The translations under genes were made by a program, and so were the position numbers. Shown here piece after piece: positions 30,651-42,704 of a DNA stretch of 64,000 bases. The stretch is taken from positions 1,772,769 through 1,836,768 of the forward strand of contig OZ244779.1 of assembly GCA_965219575.1 (NCBI GenBank), written 5' to 3'. Source of the DNA: Candidatus Oxydemutatoraceae bacterium. GTDB lineage: Bacteria > Pseudomonadota > Gammaproteobacteria > Poriferisulfidales > Oxydemutatoraceae. Positions within the stretch are counted from its first letter, which is position 1, and every line of letters begins with the position of its first letter. A model generated the notes under the pieces. That model saw only the letters and a list, made by a program, of their open reading frames with translations, did not search any database and was not told where the DNA came from.

Positions 30651-33600
30651 TCACATCAAACACCAAAGAAGCCGTTGCATTGGCTTCGCCGGTGCCGTCA
30701 TCCACCGTTGCGGTAATCATCGTCTCACCGGCACGCTCTCCGCTAATCGTAAGCATGCGGGTGGTTCCGTCCCCGCTAATCATTGCGCTTGCAATCGTAT
30801 CGTCGGTGGAGGTGACTTCTACATTCAATGTACTGCCGTCCCTATCGTCCACCGACACCGGCACCATGATTAGCTCTCCCTCCAACAATGTGATATTGGT
30901 GTCTTGGGAGTCATCAACCCTAATCGTCGGTGTCGTGTTTTGTCCCAGCCTCGCACCTAGATTCGACGAGTATACACTCCTCGTATAGTCTTGCAAGTCG
31001 GTATACGCTATCCGCACACGGAACCTGTCGCCTGGGCTTACTTCATGGTCTTGAGGTGCCGATAACGTGGTCGGAACATCGTAGGAAATCTCAATATCGC
31101 CTAAAGTGCCACTCTGCCCGGCAATGTCTTCCCAACCCGAACCGTCACCCTCATCTATCAGACAATTCCTGTTGAGACTTCCTAGACACTGTTGCCAGTG
31201 ATAGGTCATAGTTCCGCTCACGCCACCGTCGGTCTCACCCGTCGCATCTATGCCGGTAAAGATTAATATTGTCTCGGTCGTAGATCTGGTGAGGTCATTT
31301 ATCGACACCACGCCATTATCTTCCTTGTTCACCACTATCGCGTACACTCCTGTCGTAGTAGTCGCCCCGTCGCTCACTTCCACCACAAAGCTCGCCGTCG
31401 CCGTAGTAGCAGTTGCGTCGGTCACAAAGTAGTCGCGAATAGTTAACGGTGCCGTCTCTCCCGACACATCGGCTTCGTCGGCATTGATGCTACTCACACG
31501 CCAACGATAGCTTAAGTTGTCGAAGTTCTCGTCGGAAGCCTCGGCAGTCATCCTCACCATGCCACCTTCGCTCACCGGTGAAGGTGCGACATTAACCAGC
31601 GTAATCGTCGGTGCAATGTTCGGTACCGTATACACATCGGATTGCGTCGTCACCAATTGTCCGATGTTATCTACAACCGTTGCCTCCAGCCTATAGCGTG
31701 TGCCGGCGGTTCGCGACGGTCTATCGTAGGGGATGCGATATTCATTCTCGGTTGCACCGTCTATCAAAGTGTTGTTAATGAACCACCGATAGCTCGTCGA
31801 CGTAATCCCGTTGGCATCGGCGAGCGTTGAAGTCGTACTCAGCTGCCATCTATCGTCGCTGTCCGGTTCTATGCGTACAGCACCGGTCAGCGGGGCATCT
31901 ACCACTAGTGTGAAGCTCGCCTGCACGCGACCACCTCTGCCGTCATCCGCCGAGACTCTCACGATGGATCCTGCCGCGGTTTGGCTGGCATCGGCATTGG
32001 TTGCCGTGAAGGTCCATACACCGGTCATGGTGCTGAAGTTGCCTATCAAGCCACTCATCGGTTCTATTGCAATATCGTGTGTCAATGTGTCGCCGTCGGC
32101 ATCGCTGAAGAAGTCGCTGATATCTCGTTCAAACGGCTCGCCGACCGTTGCGATAATAGCTCGAATCGGCACCCGAGGTGTCGGTGGAGTATTGACAGCT
32201 ACCTCCAAAGTACGACTACTGCTTAAATCTGTGCCATCTGTTGCGGTCACTTTGATTTCCGCTATACCCGCTTTGTTCGCTCTCAGTGCCAAGGTTACAC
32301 GGGTATCCGACCCGATATCGCCAATCCGCTCCGGCATCACCGATACGATCGTTCGGCTCGACGATGCTGCCGTCAATGTGATACGATCGCCGAAGCTAAA
32401 ATTACCATCCGATACACTAATCACTAGGTGTGCGGTGCTGCCCAGTTGTATCGGCTGTTCAGGTGTGGCAACAATCTCAAGTGCCGGGGCCACGGTGCCC
32501 CCCACCTGCACCGTAAATTGTGCCGAGACCTCCGAGTTCGCTACACCTCTGCCGTCGTTCACCGTCACGGTAATCGTCGTATTGCCGGCACCGACACCGA
32601 CAATCTCAAGCGTGCGGACATTACCGGTGGTTGCGATAATCGTTGCGGTTGCAATCATGCTGTCGCTACTATCAATTCTTACACTGAGACTATCTTCGGC
32701 ATCGGCATCGTTTATCGCAATATCAAATTCGGTACTCAAACCTTCCAACAACCTGATGGGTTGCTCGGGAATACCGCTCAGCGTCGGTGCCGTATTGACA
32801 CGCACTGGTATTTCTACACTATCGCTTAACCCACCGCGGTCGGTTGCGGTAAATGTGATTGTCGCTTCTCCGCTTCGCTCGGCACTAATTATAAAGGTTG
32901 TAATCGTATCCGTGGTTATATCGGCAACTTGTGTCGGTGTCACCGAAACAATCGTTCGGCTTGACGACATCGCCTCCAGTGCGACGATATCGTCCAAATT
33001 GAAGTTATCATCCGCCACCGAGACGAATATATGAGCCGTACTATTGATTGGTAGCGTTTGAGCCGATGACTGTGTAATCATAATCGTCGGTGTAGTGTTC
33101 GCTTCCCGGGGGCTAATCATATAAATAGTAACCTCGCGATCGGCTTCGGTGACCGTGATGACTAATGCGGTGTTTGCATCTATAGGAATAGGCTCGCTTC
33201 GCCCGTCGCCACCTTGGTTTGCAAAATAATCGGTATCCTCGCCTTGTCTAACTATTTTGATCGTCGCATCGGTATTATAGGCTTTTAATCGCAGGGTGAT
33301 GTCACTAGTCCTAAAAGCAAAAAAACTTACAACATAATGGGCGGTTGTAGCCCCGAAAATTGGGGTCAATCTTGCACCGTGTGTCAATACTTCTAAATCT
33401 CTTAGACCTACGCCTTGACCCGACAACAAAATATCGCTATCCGCAGATTTGAGGATCGGATATTGGATGCTAGTACCGAAATCCCAGTCGCCGGTACTCC
33501 AGCCACTATATATCCCGGTTGCCGTTGTCGGTGATTGCAGTTCCACTAGGGTTTGCGTTGAACTGTTTGTGATAGTAGGAGAACCAGAAGAAGAACCGAC

Positions 33601-36600
33601 TAAGGTGTTAAAACCCGTCGCATAGCTATTCGTGATGGAACCACTAAAATACCAACCAACTAATCCGCCTACCCTGCGACCCCCTGATAAAACAGAACCC
33701 GTGGCATAGCTGTTCATGATGGAACCAACAGAATTTAAACCGACTAAACCACCTACATTATTATTTGCTTCAACAGAACCCATCGCATAGCTATTCGTGA
33801 TAGCACCCTGAGAATTATAACCGACTAAACCGCCTACCTCACTACTCCCTGAAACAGAACTCGTCGCATAGCTGTTCGTGATAGTGCCTCTATTAAAACC
33901 GACTAAACCGCCCACACTACTCCCTGAAACAGAACCCGTCGCATAGCTGTTCGTGATAGTACTACCAATATTCTCACCGACTAAACTACCTACATTAGAA
34001 CCCCCAATAATGTCTACATTTAGCAAACCAACATTAGCGATTTCAGCATCACTGTTCGTATAACCAAACAAGCCTATGTTCCTCGTACCACTTCTGTCAA
34101 TCCTAAGATTAGAAATCGTAAAACCATTGCCTTCAAACCTGCTTCTGAAAGCATTAGAAGAAGAATCCCCAAGCGGCTGCCAACCTGCTCTCGTAGTCCA
34201 TGTAATCCTATTGACTGTTGAGCTATAGCTGTCATCGTCGTTAAAATCTAAATCTCTCATCAATTCATAGCCCATGCATATATCATTAGGACAACCCTCG
34301 GTGCTTCCCGTCGCCGTCTCGGCGGTTGCCCTATAGCTCGTGCCGTCCAGTTGAAAGCGGATTGCATTTAAGGTTTCTAAATCGTTGATATCTATCAGCC
34401 CGTTGCCATCGGCATCTACGGCGGTACTCGCTTCCATTGGTGCCGTATTGACCCGCACCAATAATTCTACACTATCGCTTAACCCGCCGCTGTCGGTGGC
34501 GGTGAATGTGATCGTCGCTTCTCCACCTTTCTCGGCACTAATCATAAAGGTCGTACTCGTATTCGTGGTTATATTAGTAACTTGCACTGGTGTCACCGAA
34601 ACAATCGTTCGGCTTGACGACATCGCTTCCAATGCAACTATATCGTCCAAATTGAAGTTATCATCCGCCACCGAGACAACGATATGAGCTGTACTATTGA
34701 CCGATAGCGTTTGAGCCGATGACGGTGTAATCATAATCGCCGGTGCAATGTTCGCTCCTACTTGAGGGCTAACCATATGAATACTAATCATATAAATAGT
34801 GGTTCCGGCATCGGCTTCGGTGACCGTAATGACTAATGTAGTGTTTGCGTTTATAGGAATAGGCTCGCTTCGCCCATCACTGCCCTTGTTTTCAAAATAA
34901 TCGGTATCCTCGCCTTGTTTAACTACCTTAATCACCGCACCAGCATTATAGGCTTTCAATCGAAGGCTGATGTCGCTCGTCCCGGAAGCAAGAAAACTTA
35001 TAACATAATGGGTCGTTGTCGCCCCGAAAATCGGGCTCAATCTTGTACCGGATGTCAATACTTCTAAATCTCTTAGACCTACGCCTTGACTCGACAACAG
35101 AATATCGCTATCTGCAAATTTGAGGATTGGATATTGGATACTAGTACCGAAATCCCAGTCATCGGTACTCCAGTTATAGTATATATCACTGGAGGTACTG
35201 CTCGTGTCGGTCGCTACTTGCAATTGCTGTGTAGTTGCACCCCTACCACCGGAACTTGTCTGTATTCCGCTGGTACTTATATCCCAGTAGCTGTTTGTGA
35301 TTGTGCCGTCATTATCACCAACTAAACCGCCTACACGACCACCTCCTGAAACAGAACCCGTCGCATAGCTGTTCATGATGGTGCCTCCATTATAACCAAC
35401 TAAACCGCCGACGGAGAAATTACCACTCGCTGAAACAGAACCCGTCGCATAACTGTTCGTGATTATGCCTTGATTTCGACCGACTAAACCGCCTACAATG
35501 AAATCTCCAGGAACAGAACCCGTTGCATAGCTGTTCATGATGGTGCCGTCATTCCAACCGACTAAACCGCCTGCATTGCCATCCCCTGGAACAGAACCCG
35601 TCGCATAGCTGTTCATGATGGTGCCATTCAAATTATAACCGACTAAACCGCCTGCATTGCCGTCCCCTGAAACAGAACCCGTCGCATAGCTATTCGTGAT
35701 GGTACCGTCATTCCAACCGACTAAACCGCCAGCACTCGCACTATCACTCTCTAAAACAAAACTCGCCGCATAGCTGTTCGTGATTGTGCCACCACTATTC
35801 CGACCGACTAAACCGCCTGCAGTGCGGGTCCCTGAAACAGAACCCGTCGCATAGCTGTTCGTGATAATACCGTCATTCCAACCGACTAAACCGCCTACAT
35901 TGGAAGCACCCATGATATCTACATTTAACAAACCAACATTAGCAATTTCGGCACTACCTCCCGTAGAACCGAACAAACCTATGTTGCTTGTGCCACTTCT
36001 GTCAATCATAAGATTAGAAATCGTGAAACCGTTGCCTTCAAACTGACCGCTGAAAGCATTAGAGAGAGAATTCCCAATCGGCTGCCAACCGGCTCCCGTA
36101 GTCCATATAATTCTGTTGGCTATTGAACTATAGCTGCCATCTTCGTTAAAGTCTAAATCTCTCGTCAATTCATAGCCTCTGCATCCGTTATTAGGGCAAC
36201 CCATCGAAACCTTAGGCACCGTCTCACTCTCTCTATAGCCCGTCCCGTCCAGTTGATAACGCATCGCATTCAGTCTCTCTAAGTTATCAACCTCTATCAA
36301 ACCATCGTCATCCCTATCGACATCTCCGTTAAACTCATAATAATTAAGGTAGAGAGTATAAGTAATAGTCTGTGTTGTTTCACCACCATTCTCAACCTCA
36401 ATGGTGATTGTAGTTATCCCGTCTGTGTTTAACGAAATCATACCACTTTCATCACCACTAGCTATGGCTGGACTTCTAGTTTCTTCATCAGCCGTAATAT
36501 AAACCTTGGCACCGGGATTTAATGTTATCGGTCTGAATTGTATTGTGCTGGCACTACTAACTACCGTCCCTCTGTAGTTCGGCACTACCACATCAAAATC

Positions 36601-37809
36601 AGGCGACAGATTACCCTCCACTAATTGCAATTCACTCAAACCATATCTAAGTGCAGGCGACAACAAGCTACCGCAGACAGGTAAATCTGTTGTAGTATCG
36701 CCCACACGACGACATTCGCTAATATCTGTGTTAGGATTATCCGTATATTTGAGCACCGGGTATTGGACGCTAGTGCCGAAATCCCAGTCATCGGTACTCC
36801 AGTTATAGTATATCTCGGCAGAGGTGCTGCCCGGACCAGTTGCTGCTTGCAGTTCTACCGTGGTTTGACTCGTGCCACCGGCACTTGTCTCTATTCCACT
36901 GCTATTTATATCCCAATAGCTGTTTGTAGTAGTTCCGAAATTACGACCAACTAAACCGCCTACATTATCACCGCTCCCTGAAACAGAACTCGTTGCATAG
37001 CTGTTCGTGATGATGCCACCATTCTCGCCGACTAAACCGCCTACACCGAAATCTCCTGAAACAGAACCCGTCGCATAGCTGTTCGTGATGATGCCACCAT
37101 TCTCGCCGACTAAACCGCCTACACCGAAATCTCCTGAAACAGAACCCGTCGCATAGCTGTTCGTGATGGTGCCTCTATTCTCACCGACTAAACCGCCTAC
37201 ACTATTATTTCCTGAAACAGAACCCGTCGCATAGCTGTTCGTGATGGTGCCTCTATTCTCACCAACTAAACCACCTATCTGATTTCTCCCTTCAACAGAA
37301 CCCGTCGCATAGCTGTTCGTGATGGTGCCTCTATTCTCACCGACTAAACCGCCTACCCTATCGCTAAAACCTCCTATTATATTTACATTTAATAAACCCA
37401 GATTAGCAATTTCAGCACTACTTCCCGTATGACCAAACAAGCCTATTTCACTCGTGTCACTTCTGTCAATCCTAAGATTAGAAATCGTAAAAACGTTGCC
37501 TTCAAACTTGCCTCTGAAAGCATTAGAAGAATCCCCAATCGGCTGCCAACCTGCTCCCGTAGTCCATGTAATCCTATTAGCTATAGAACCATAACTGCCA
37601 GCGTCGTTAAAGTCTAAATCTCTCGTCAGTTCATAGCCTCTGCATCCGTCATTAGGGCAACCTGTCACAACTTTAGGTGCCGCCTCGCTCTCTCTATAGC
37701 CCGTCCCGTCCGGTTGATAACGTATCGCATTCAGTCCCTCTAAATCATCAATCTCTATCAAACCATCATCATCCCTATCAACATCACCGTTAAACTCATA
37801 ATAATTAAG

Positions 37810-38562
37810 GGTACTTGACTAGTTTAGGGACAAAATCCCACTCAAATATCCCTTACCATCTTCATTAGCATATCATACTTTTGGGAGGCTGAAAGGTGCC
37901 TGTGATTGAATCGCCACTCGCATTCTTTTAGATGAAGATGGAAATGTTTTCTCGACACGCCGCAGAACTTTGTTAATCTCCTTTTTGCCCATCCCCAAAA
38001 GTTTTCAATGCCATTGATATGTCTAGTACCACTGCCCAGTGTCTTTGAATGATTGATGCGGTAGTGTTTGTATCCATTCAACACCAACCCGCCATAAGCT
38101 CTCCATTTGTCTGTGTATATAGTACTCTGATGTCCCACTAAACGCTTGATAATAGGTCGTATCCCGCTCTTTGAAGCATTTCGTATCACCTGCGTATAGA
38201 CCTTCCCATCTCTTTTTAATATGCCGAATACCGGTACTTTGTTCGGTGCACCTCTACCTCTTTTGTCTCCCTTTTTGCGACCACCGAAGTAGGACTCATC
38301 CAACTCTACCTCGCCGGAGAATACGCTCGTCTTCTCGCAGTGTTGTGCAATTCTTTCTCGGATTATATTGACATATCTATTCACTGTATTTCTATTGACC
38401 CCGGCTGCTTGTGCGATTTGGGTTGCACTCAAATCAAGGGCAAAATACCTTACAATTTGCCTTATTTTCCTGTTTGAAATATGTGCCCCTCTAAAATGCC
38501 TGTTAGGTGTTGTCATTACTAGTTATTTTATCAAATCGTACTCCCTAAACTAGTCAAGTACC
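37810..38562 (-). mobile_element. IS1595-family insertion sequence (IS1016-like group), 753 bp
   Basis: Perfect 21-bp TIRs GGTACTTGACTAGTTTAGGGA (37810-37830 / 38542-38562); 8-bp TSD TAATTAAG (37802-37809, 38563-38570). Confidence 0.97.
37842..38516 (-). CDS. IS1595-family DDE transposase
   Basis: N-terminal HTH without zinc finger, GEVELDESYFGG, RGRGA, IYTD, HINGIENFW, LKECEWRFN. Confidence 0.96.
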   Translation of the reverse strand: MTTPNRHFRGAHISNRKIRQIVRYFALDLSATQIAQAAGVNRNTVNRYVNIIRERIAQHCEKTSVFSGEVELDESYFGGRKKGDKRGRGAPNKVPVFGILKRDGKVYTQVIRNASKSGIRPIIKRLVGHQSTIYTDKWRAYGGLVLNGYKHYRINHSKTLGSGTRHINGIENFWGWAKRRLTKFCGVSRKHFHLHLKECEWRFNHRHLSASQKYDMLMKMVRDI

Positions 38563-40779
38563 TAATTAAGATACAAAGTATAAATAACAATCTGTGTTGT
38601 TTCACCACCATTCTCAACCTCAATGGTGATTGCAGTTATCCCGTCGGTGTTTAACGAAATCATACTACTCTCATCACCACTATCTATAGCTATACCTCTA
38701 GCTTCTTCATCAGCCCTAATATAAACCTTGGCATCGGGATTTACTGTTATTGGTCTGAACCGGATTGTGCTTGTACTATGAACTACCGTTCCTCTGTAGC
38801 TCGGCAATATCACATCAAAATCAGGCAATAAATCGCCTTCCACTAATTGCAATTCACCCAAACCATACCTCAGTGCAGGCGACAACAAACTACCACAGAC
38901 AGGTAAATCTGTTGCAGTATCACTTACACTACGACATTCGCTAATATCCGTGTTAGGATTATCCGTATATTTGAGCACCGGGTACTGGCTATCAGTGCCG
39001 AAATCCCAATTCGTGTTACTCCATTCGTAATAGGGTTTGCCGGGGTCTGTGCCTTGTGCACTTTCTGCTTTCAATTCCACCGTGGTTTTACTCGTGCCAC
39101 CGTCACTTATCTTTATTCCGCTGGTATTTATATCCCAGTAGCTACTCGTGATAGTACCATCATTATTCCGACCGATTAAACCGCCTACACCATTACTCCC
39201 TTCAACAGAACCCGTCGCATAGCTGTTTGCGATGGCACCACTAAAATAATTCTGACCGACTAAACCGCCTGCATTGCCGTCCCCTGAAACAGAACCCATC
39301 GCATAGCTGTTCGTGATGGTACCGCCGTTCTCACCGACTAAACCGCCTACATTAAAACGATCCCCAATAACAGAACCCGTCGCATAGCTGTTCGTGATAT
39401 TGCCGCCCCTATTACCACCGACCAAACCGCCTACATAGTCATCTCCTGAAACAAAACCCGTCGCATAGCTGTTCGTGATATTGCCGGCACTATTATCACC
39501 GACTAAACCGCCTACACGACCACTCCCTGAAACAGAACTCGTCGCATAGCTGTTCACGATGGTGCCGCCGTTCTCACCGACTAAACCGCCGAAACCGAAG
39601 ATATCGAAGAAACCGCGAAGATCACTACTCCCTGAAACAGAACCTGTCGCATAGCTGTTTGTGATGGTGGCACCAAAACGATTCCGGCCGACTAAACCGC
39701 CAAAACCGGCTAAACGACCGAAACCGCCGAAATCGAAGAAATCGCGAAGATCACCACTCCCTGAAACAGAACCCGTCGCATAGCTGTTCACGATGGTGCC
39801 GCCGTTCTCACCGACTAAACCGCCGAAACCGACTAAACCGCCGAAACCGACTAAACCGCCGAAATCGCGAAGATTACCACTCCCTGAAACAGAACCCGTC
39901 GCATAGCTGTTCGTGATAGTGCCACCGTCATTCCTACCGACTAAACCGCCGAAACCGACTAAACCGCCGAAATCGAAGAAATCGCGAAGATTACCACTCC
40001 CTGAAACAGAACCCGTCGCATAGCTGTTCGTGATAGTGCCACCGTCATTCCTACCGACTAAACCGCCTACACTGCTACTCCCTAAAACAGAACCCGCCGC
40101 ATAGCTGTTCGTGATTGTGCCACCGTCATTCCTACCGACTAAACCGCCTACACTGCTACTCCCTAAAACAGAACCCGTCGCATAGCTGTTCGTGATTGTG
40201 CCGCCATTCTCACCGACTAAACCGCCTACCCCATTGCTAAAACCTCCGATTATATTTACATTTAGTAAGCCCAAATTAGCGATTTCAGCACCACCGTCCG
40301 TACGACCAAACAAGCCTATTTGACCTGTGCCACCTCTGGCAATCGTAAGATTAGAAATCGTAAAATCGTTGCCTTCAAACCAACCGCTGAAAGCATTAGA
40401 AAAGTCCCCGATCGGCTGCCAACCTGCTCCCGTAGTCCATATAACCTTGTTAGCTGTTGAACTATAGCTGTCATCGTCGTTAAAATCTAAGTTTCTTTTC
40501 AATTCATAGCCTCTGCAGATATCATTAGGGCAGCCTTCAGTAATCCCCGTCGCCCCGGCGGTTGCTTTATAGCTGGTGCCGTCCGGTTGAAAGCGGATTG
40601 CATTTAAGGTTTCCAAATCGTTGATATCTATCAGCCCGTTGCCATCGGCATCTACGACGGTATTAGTTTGAGCAACTATGTTCGTGCTGAATAGTGCGAG
40701 TAGAATAATCAACAAGAGGGTTTTCATGGAAATTATATATATTGTAAATACTGGGATTGTACAGCCAATATGCACACAT

Positions 40780-41089
40780 GGGACTGTTGAAAAAGTACCG
40801 CTCTGCACGAATTCAACCGCTTTTCGCCACATAATTATCCAACCCACCTGTAGGGGCAGTATAAAGCCGCCGATTGAGCCGGTAGGTCAATCGGCAACTC
40901 TGATGTCTGCCCTTAAGTACCGTCCAGAATAACCGTAACCGCTTGTGCCATTTGGTTTTGGTTTCCATAAATCGGGTGGATGAATGTATAAATCGTGCCG
41001 ACCAACGCGTTGCGGGCGGACATGTCGTAGGGGCGGACTTACATGTCCGCCTGCCCCTACAGTCCATAAAATACTTTTTCAACAGCCCC
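40780..41089. mobile_element. MITE/REPIN-like repeat, copy D (complete)
   Basis: GGGACTGTTGAAAAAGTA / TACTTTTTCAACAGCCCC ends, ACAT on both flanks, two inverted REP hairpins, each with a nested insert. Confidence 0.85.
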
Positions 41090-41432
41090 ACATACCATAA
41101 TAGAAAATATCTTACGGCTTTAATACTAGTTATTGTTTCTGAGCTCATTTTTCTCTATATCGTTTATCGGCACCCAACCCGACATGGTGTCAGGCGATTG
41201 CTACAAATAACCAAACTTAGGATACTCCCGTTTATTTCCTTATCGGGTGTTATATTCACGGGTCGCCCGACATGGGCAAAGTTTGGTTTTTGTAGCATGA
41301 GATATAATAGCATAGTTATAGAAAATTATTGTACATTTGCATGATGTTGTATTATGCCATGACATATTGAACAAATGTTGTATAATTGCTATCCAATATG
41401 GACAATGACCCCAACTAATAGAAATAAATCGA

Positions 41433-42704
41433 ATGAAGACTTTTGACAATGCAACCTGTCCGTTTTGTGCTTTGACATGCGATGACTTAAGCGTTAAAAG
41501 CAACAACGGTAAACTCATCGTAGACGAAGACTTGCCGACATTTTGCCGTGCGAGCTATGAAAACGCATCTCAAATCTCTACGACCAAACCTCGCTATAAA
41601 GGCAAAGAGATTACGCAAACCGAGGCTGTTGCCGAGGCGAGTAAAATGCTCAAACAAGCTAAACGCCCTTTGTTCGGCGGGCTGATTACCGACATACAAA
41701 CGATGCGTGCGTTGGTGCCTCTGGCTAGGCAGTGCAATGCAACCTTAGATCACTTAGACAGCGATAAAACTTTACGCAATCTTAGAATAATGCATGGTTT
41801 CGGCATCGTCGGTGCCACACTCTCGGAAATACATCGCCGTGCCGATTTGCTTATCTTTGTAGGCAGTCGTTTATTCGACGATTATCCACGATTACTTCAA
41901 AGAGTTTATAAGAATAAAACTCAAAAAAAATCGGTTTTAATCGGTCCTTGGCAACGCGAGAACATACCGGATATTTTGAAGGCGGATTGCGATATCGTGA
42001 ATACCCCACCCGAAGCATTCCCCGATGTGATACAAAAGCTCGGGATGTATATCGATAGACAATTCGAGCAACACGAGCAACACTCGAAAGCCGAGCCTCA
42101 AAACGATAAAGACGACGGCACGCTCTATGCAAAACTCGCAGCCGATATAGAACGCGCCGAGTATCCGGCTTTTGTTTGGTCGGCCAAAGATATGGATTAC
42201 TCGCATGCCGATCTAGGCATCCTGCTACTCGCCCGAGTAATCAAAAAAATAAACTTAAGAAAACGTTGCGTCAGCTTGGTATTGAGCGGTAATCGCGGTG
42301 CGGGTAACACGCAGAGCGTTTGTTTATGGCAGAGCGGTTATCCCGGGTGTCTATCGTTTAATTCGGAACAGGCATACTACAACCCGCTACATAACCGCAC
42401 GCCCGAAATACTAAAAAACCGCCGTGCCGATCTACTCGTTTGGATTGCTTCCATCCATCCCGAACCGCCGCCGCCGAGTGACTTGCCGACGATCGTTTTT
42501 GCACATCCTAAGATTGCCGAAGGATTAACAAACGATTTAGTCGTGCCGTGCGGTGTCCCCGGCGTAGACCATACCGGCTATAGTTATCGCACCGACGGTG
42601 TTATAATACTGCCGCTACGCAAACTGCGAGACAGCGCACTTCCGGCATTGCACGAAATGCTACAAGACATACAACTTCAACTGGGTCAACAAAATGATGA
42701 TTAA
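41433..42704 (+). CDS. fhcB: Formyltransferase/hydrolase complex subunit B (FwdB-like)
   Basis: N-terminal CPFCALTCDDL, RADL, WQSGYP, PGVDHTG..RTDGV; first gene of the B-A-D-C order. Confidence 0.88.
   Translation: MKTFDNATCPFCALTCDDLSVKSNNGKLIVDEDLPTFCRASYENASQISTTKPRYKGKEITQTEAVAEASKMLKQAKRPLFGGLITDIQTMRALVPLARQCNATLDHLDSDKTLRNLRIMHGFGIVGATLSEIHRRADLLIFVGSRLFDDYPRLLQRVYKNKTQKKSVLIGPWQRENIPDILKADCDIVNTPPEAFPDVIQKLGMYIDRQFEQHEQHSKAEPQNDKDDGTLYAKLAADIERAEYPAFVWSAKDMDYSHADLGILLLARVIKKINLRKRCVSLVLSGNRGAGNTQSVCLWQSGYPGCLSFNSEQAYYNPLHNRTPEILKNRRADLLVWIASIHPEPPPPSDLPTIVFAHPKIAEGLTNDLVVPCGVPGVDHTGYSYRTDGVIILPLRKLRDSALPALHEMLQDIQLQLGQQNDD

Larger units (their letters stand above)
27868..40727 (-). 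pseudogene. Giant secreted GLUG/cadherin-like/Ig-repeat protein (4032 aa reconstructed) interrupted by an IS
   Basis: Removing the IS plus one TSD copy joins ...TLYLN to YYEFNGDVDRDDDGLIEI in frame (12099 nt). Start MKTLLLIIL at 40727; ends IRAKVFLEGPLQ. ORF-track pieces are 38562-40847 and 27868-37761. Confidence 0.93.

Noticed and set aside
28172-33034. Long plus-strand ORFs (729, 199 and 407 aa)
   Set aside because: Antisense shadows of the repetitive Thr/Val/Ser-rich Ig-repeat gene
38562-40847. Independent 761-aa gene
   Set aside because: It is the 5' part of the IS-split gene; the first 40 residues come from MITE and intergenic DNA
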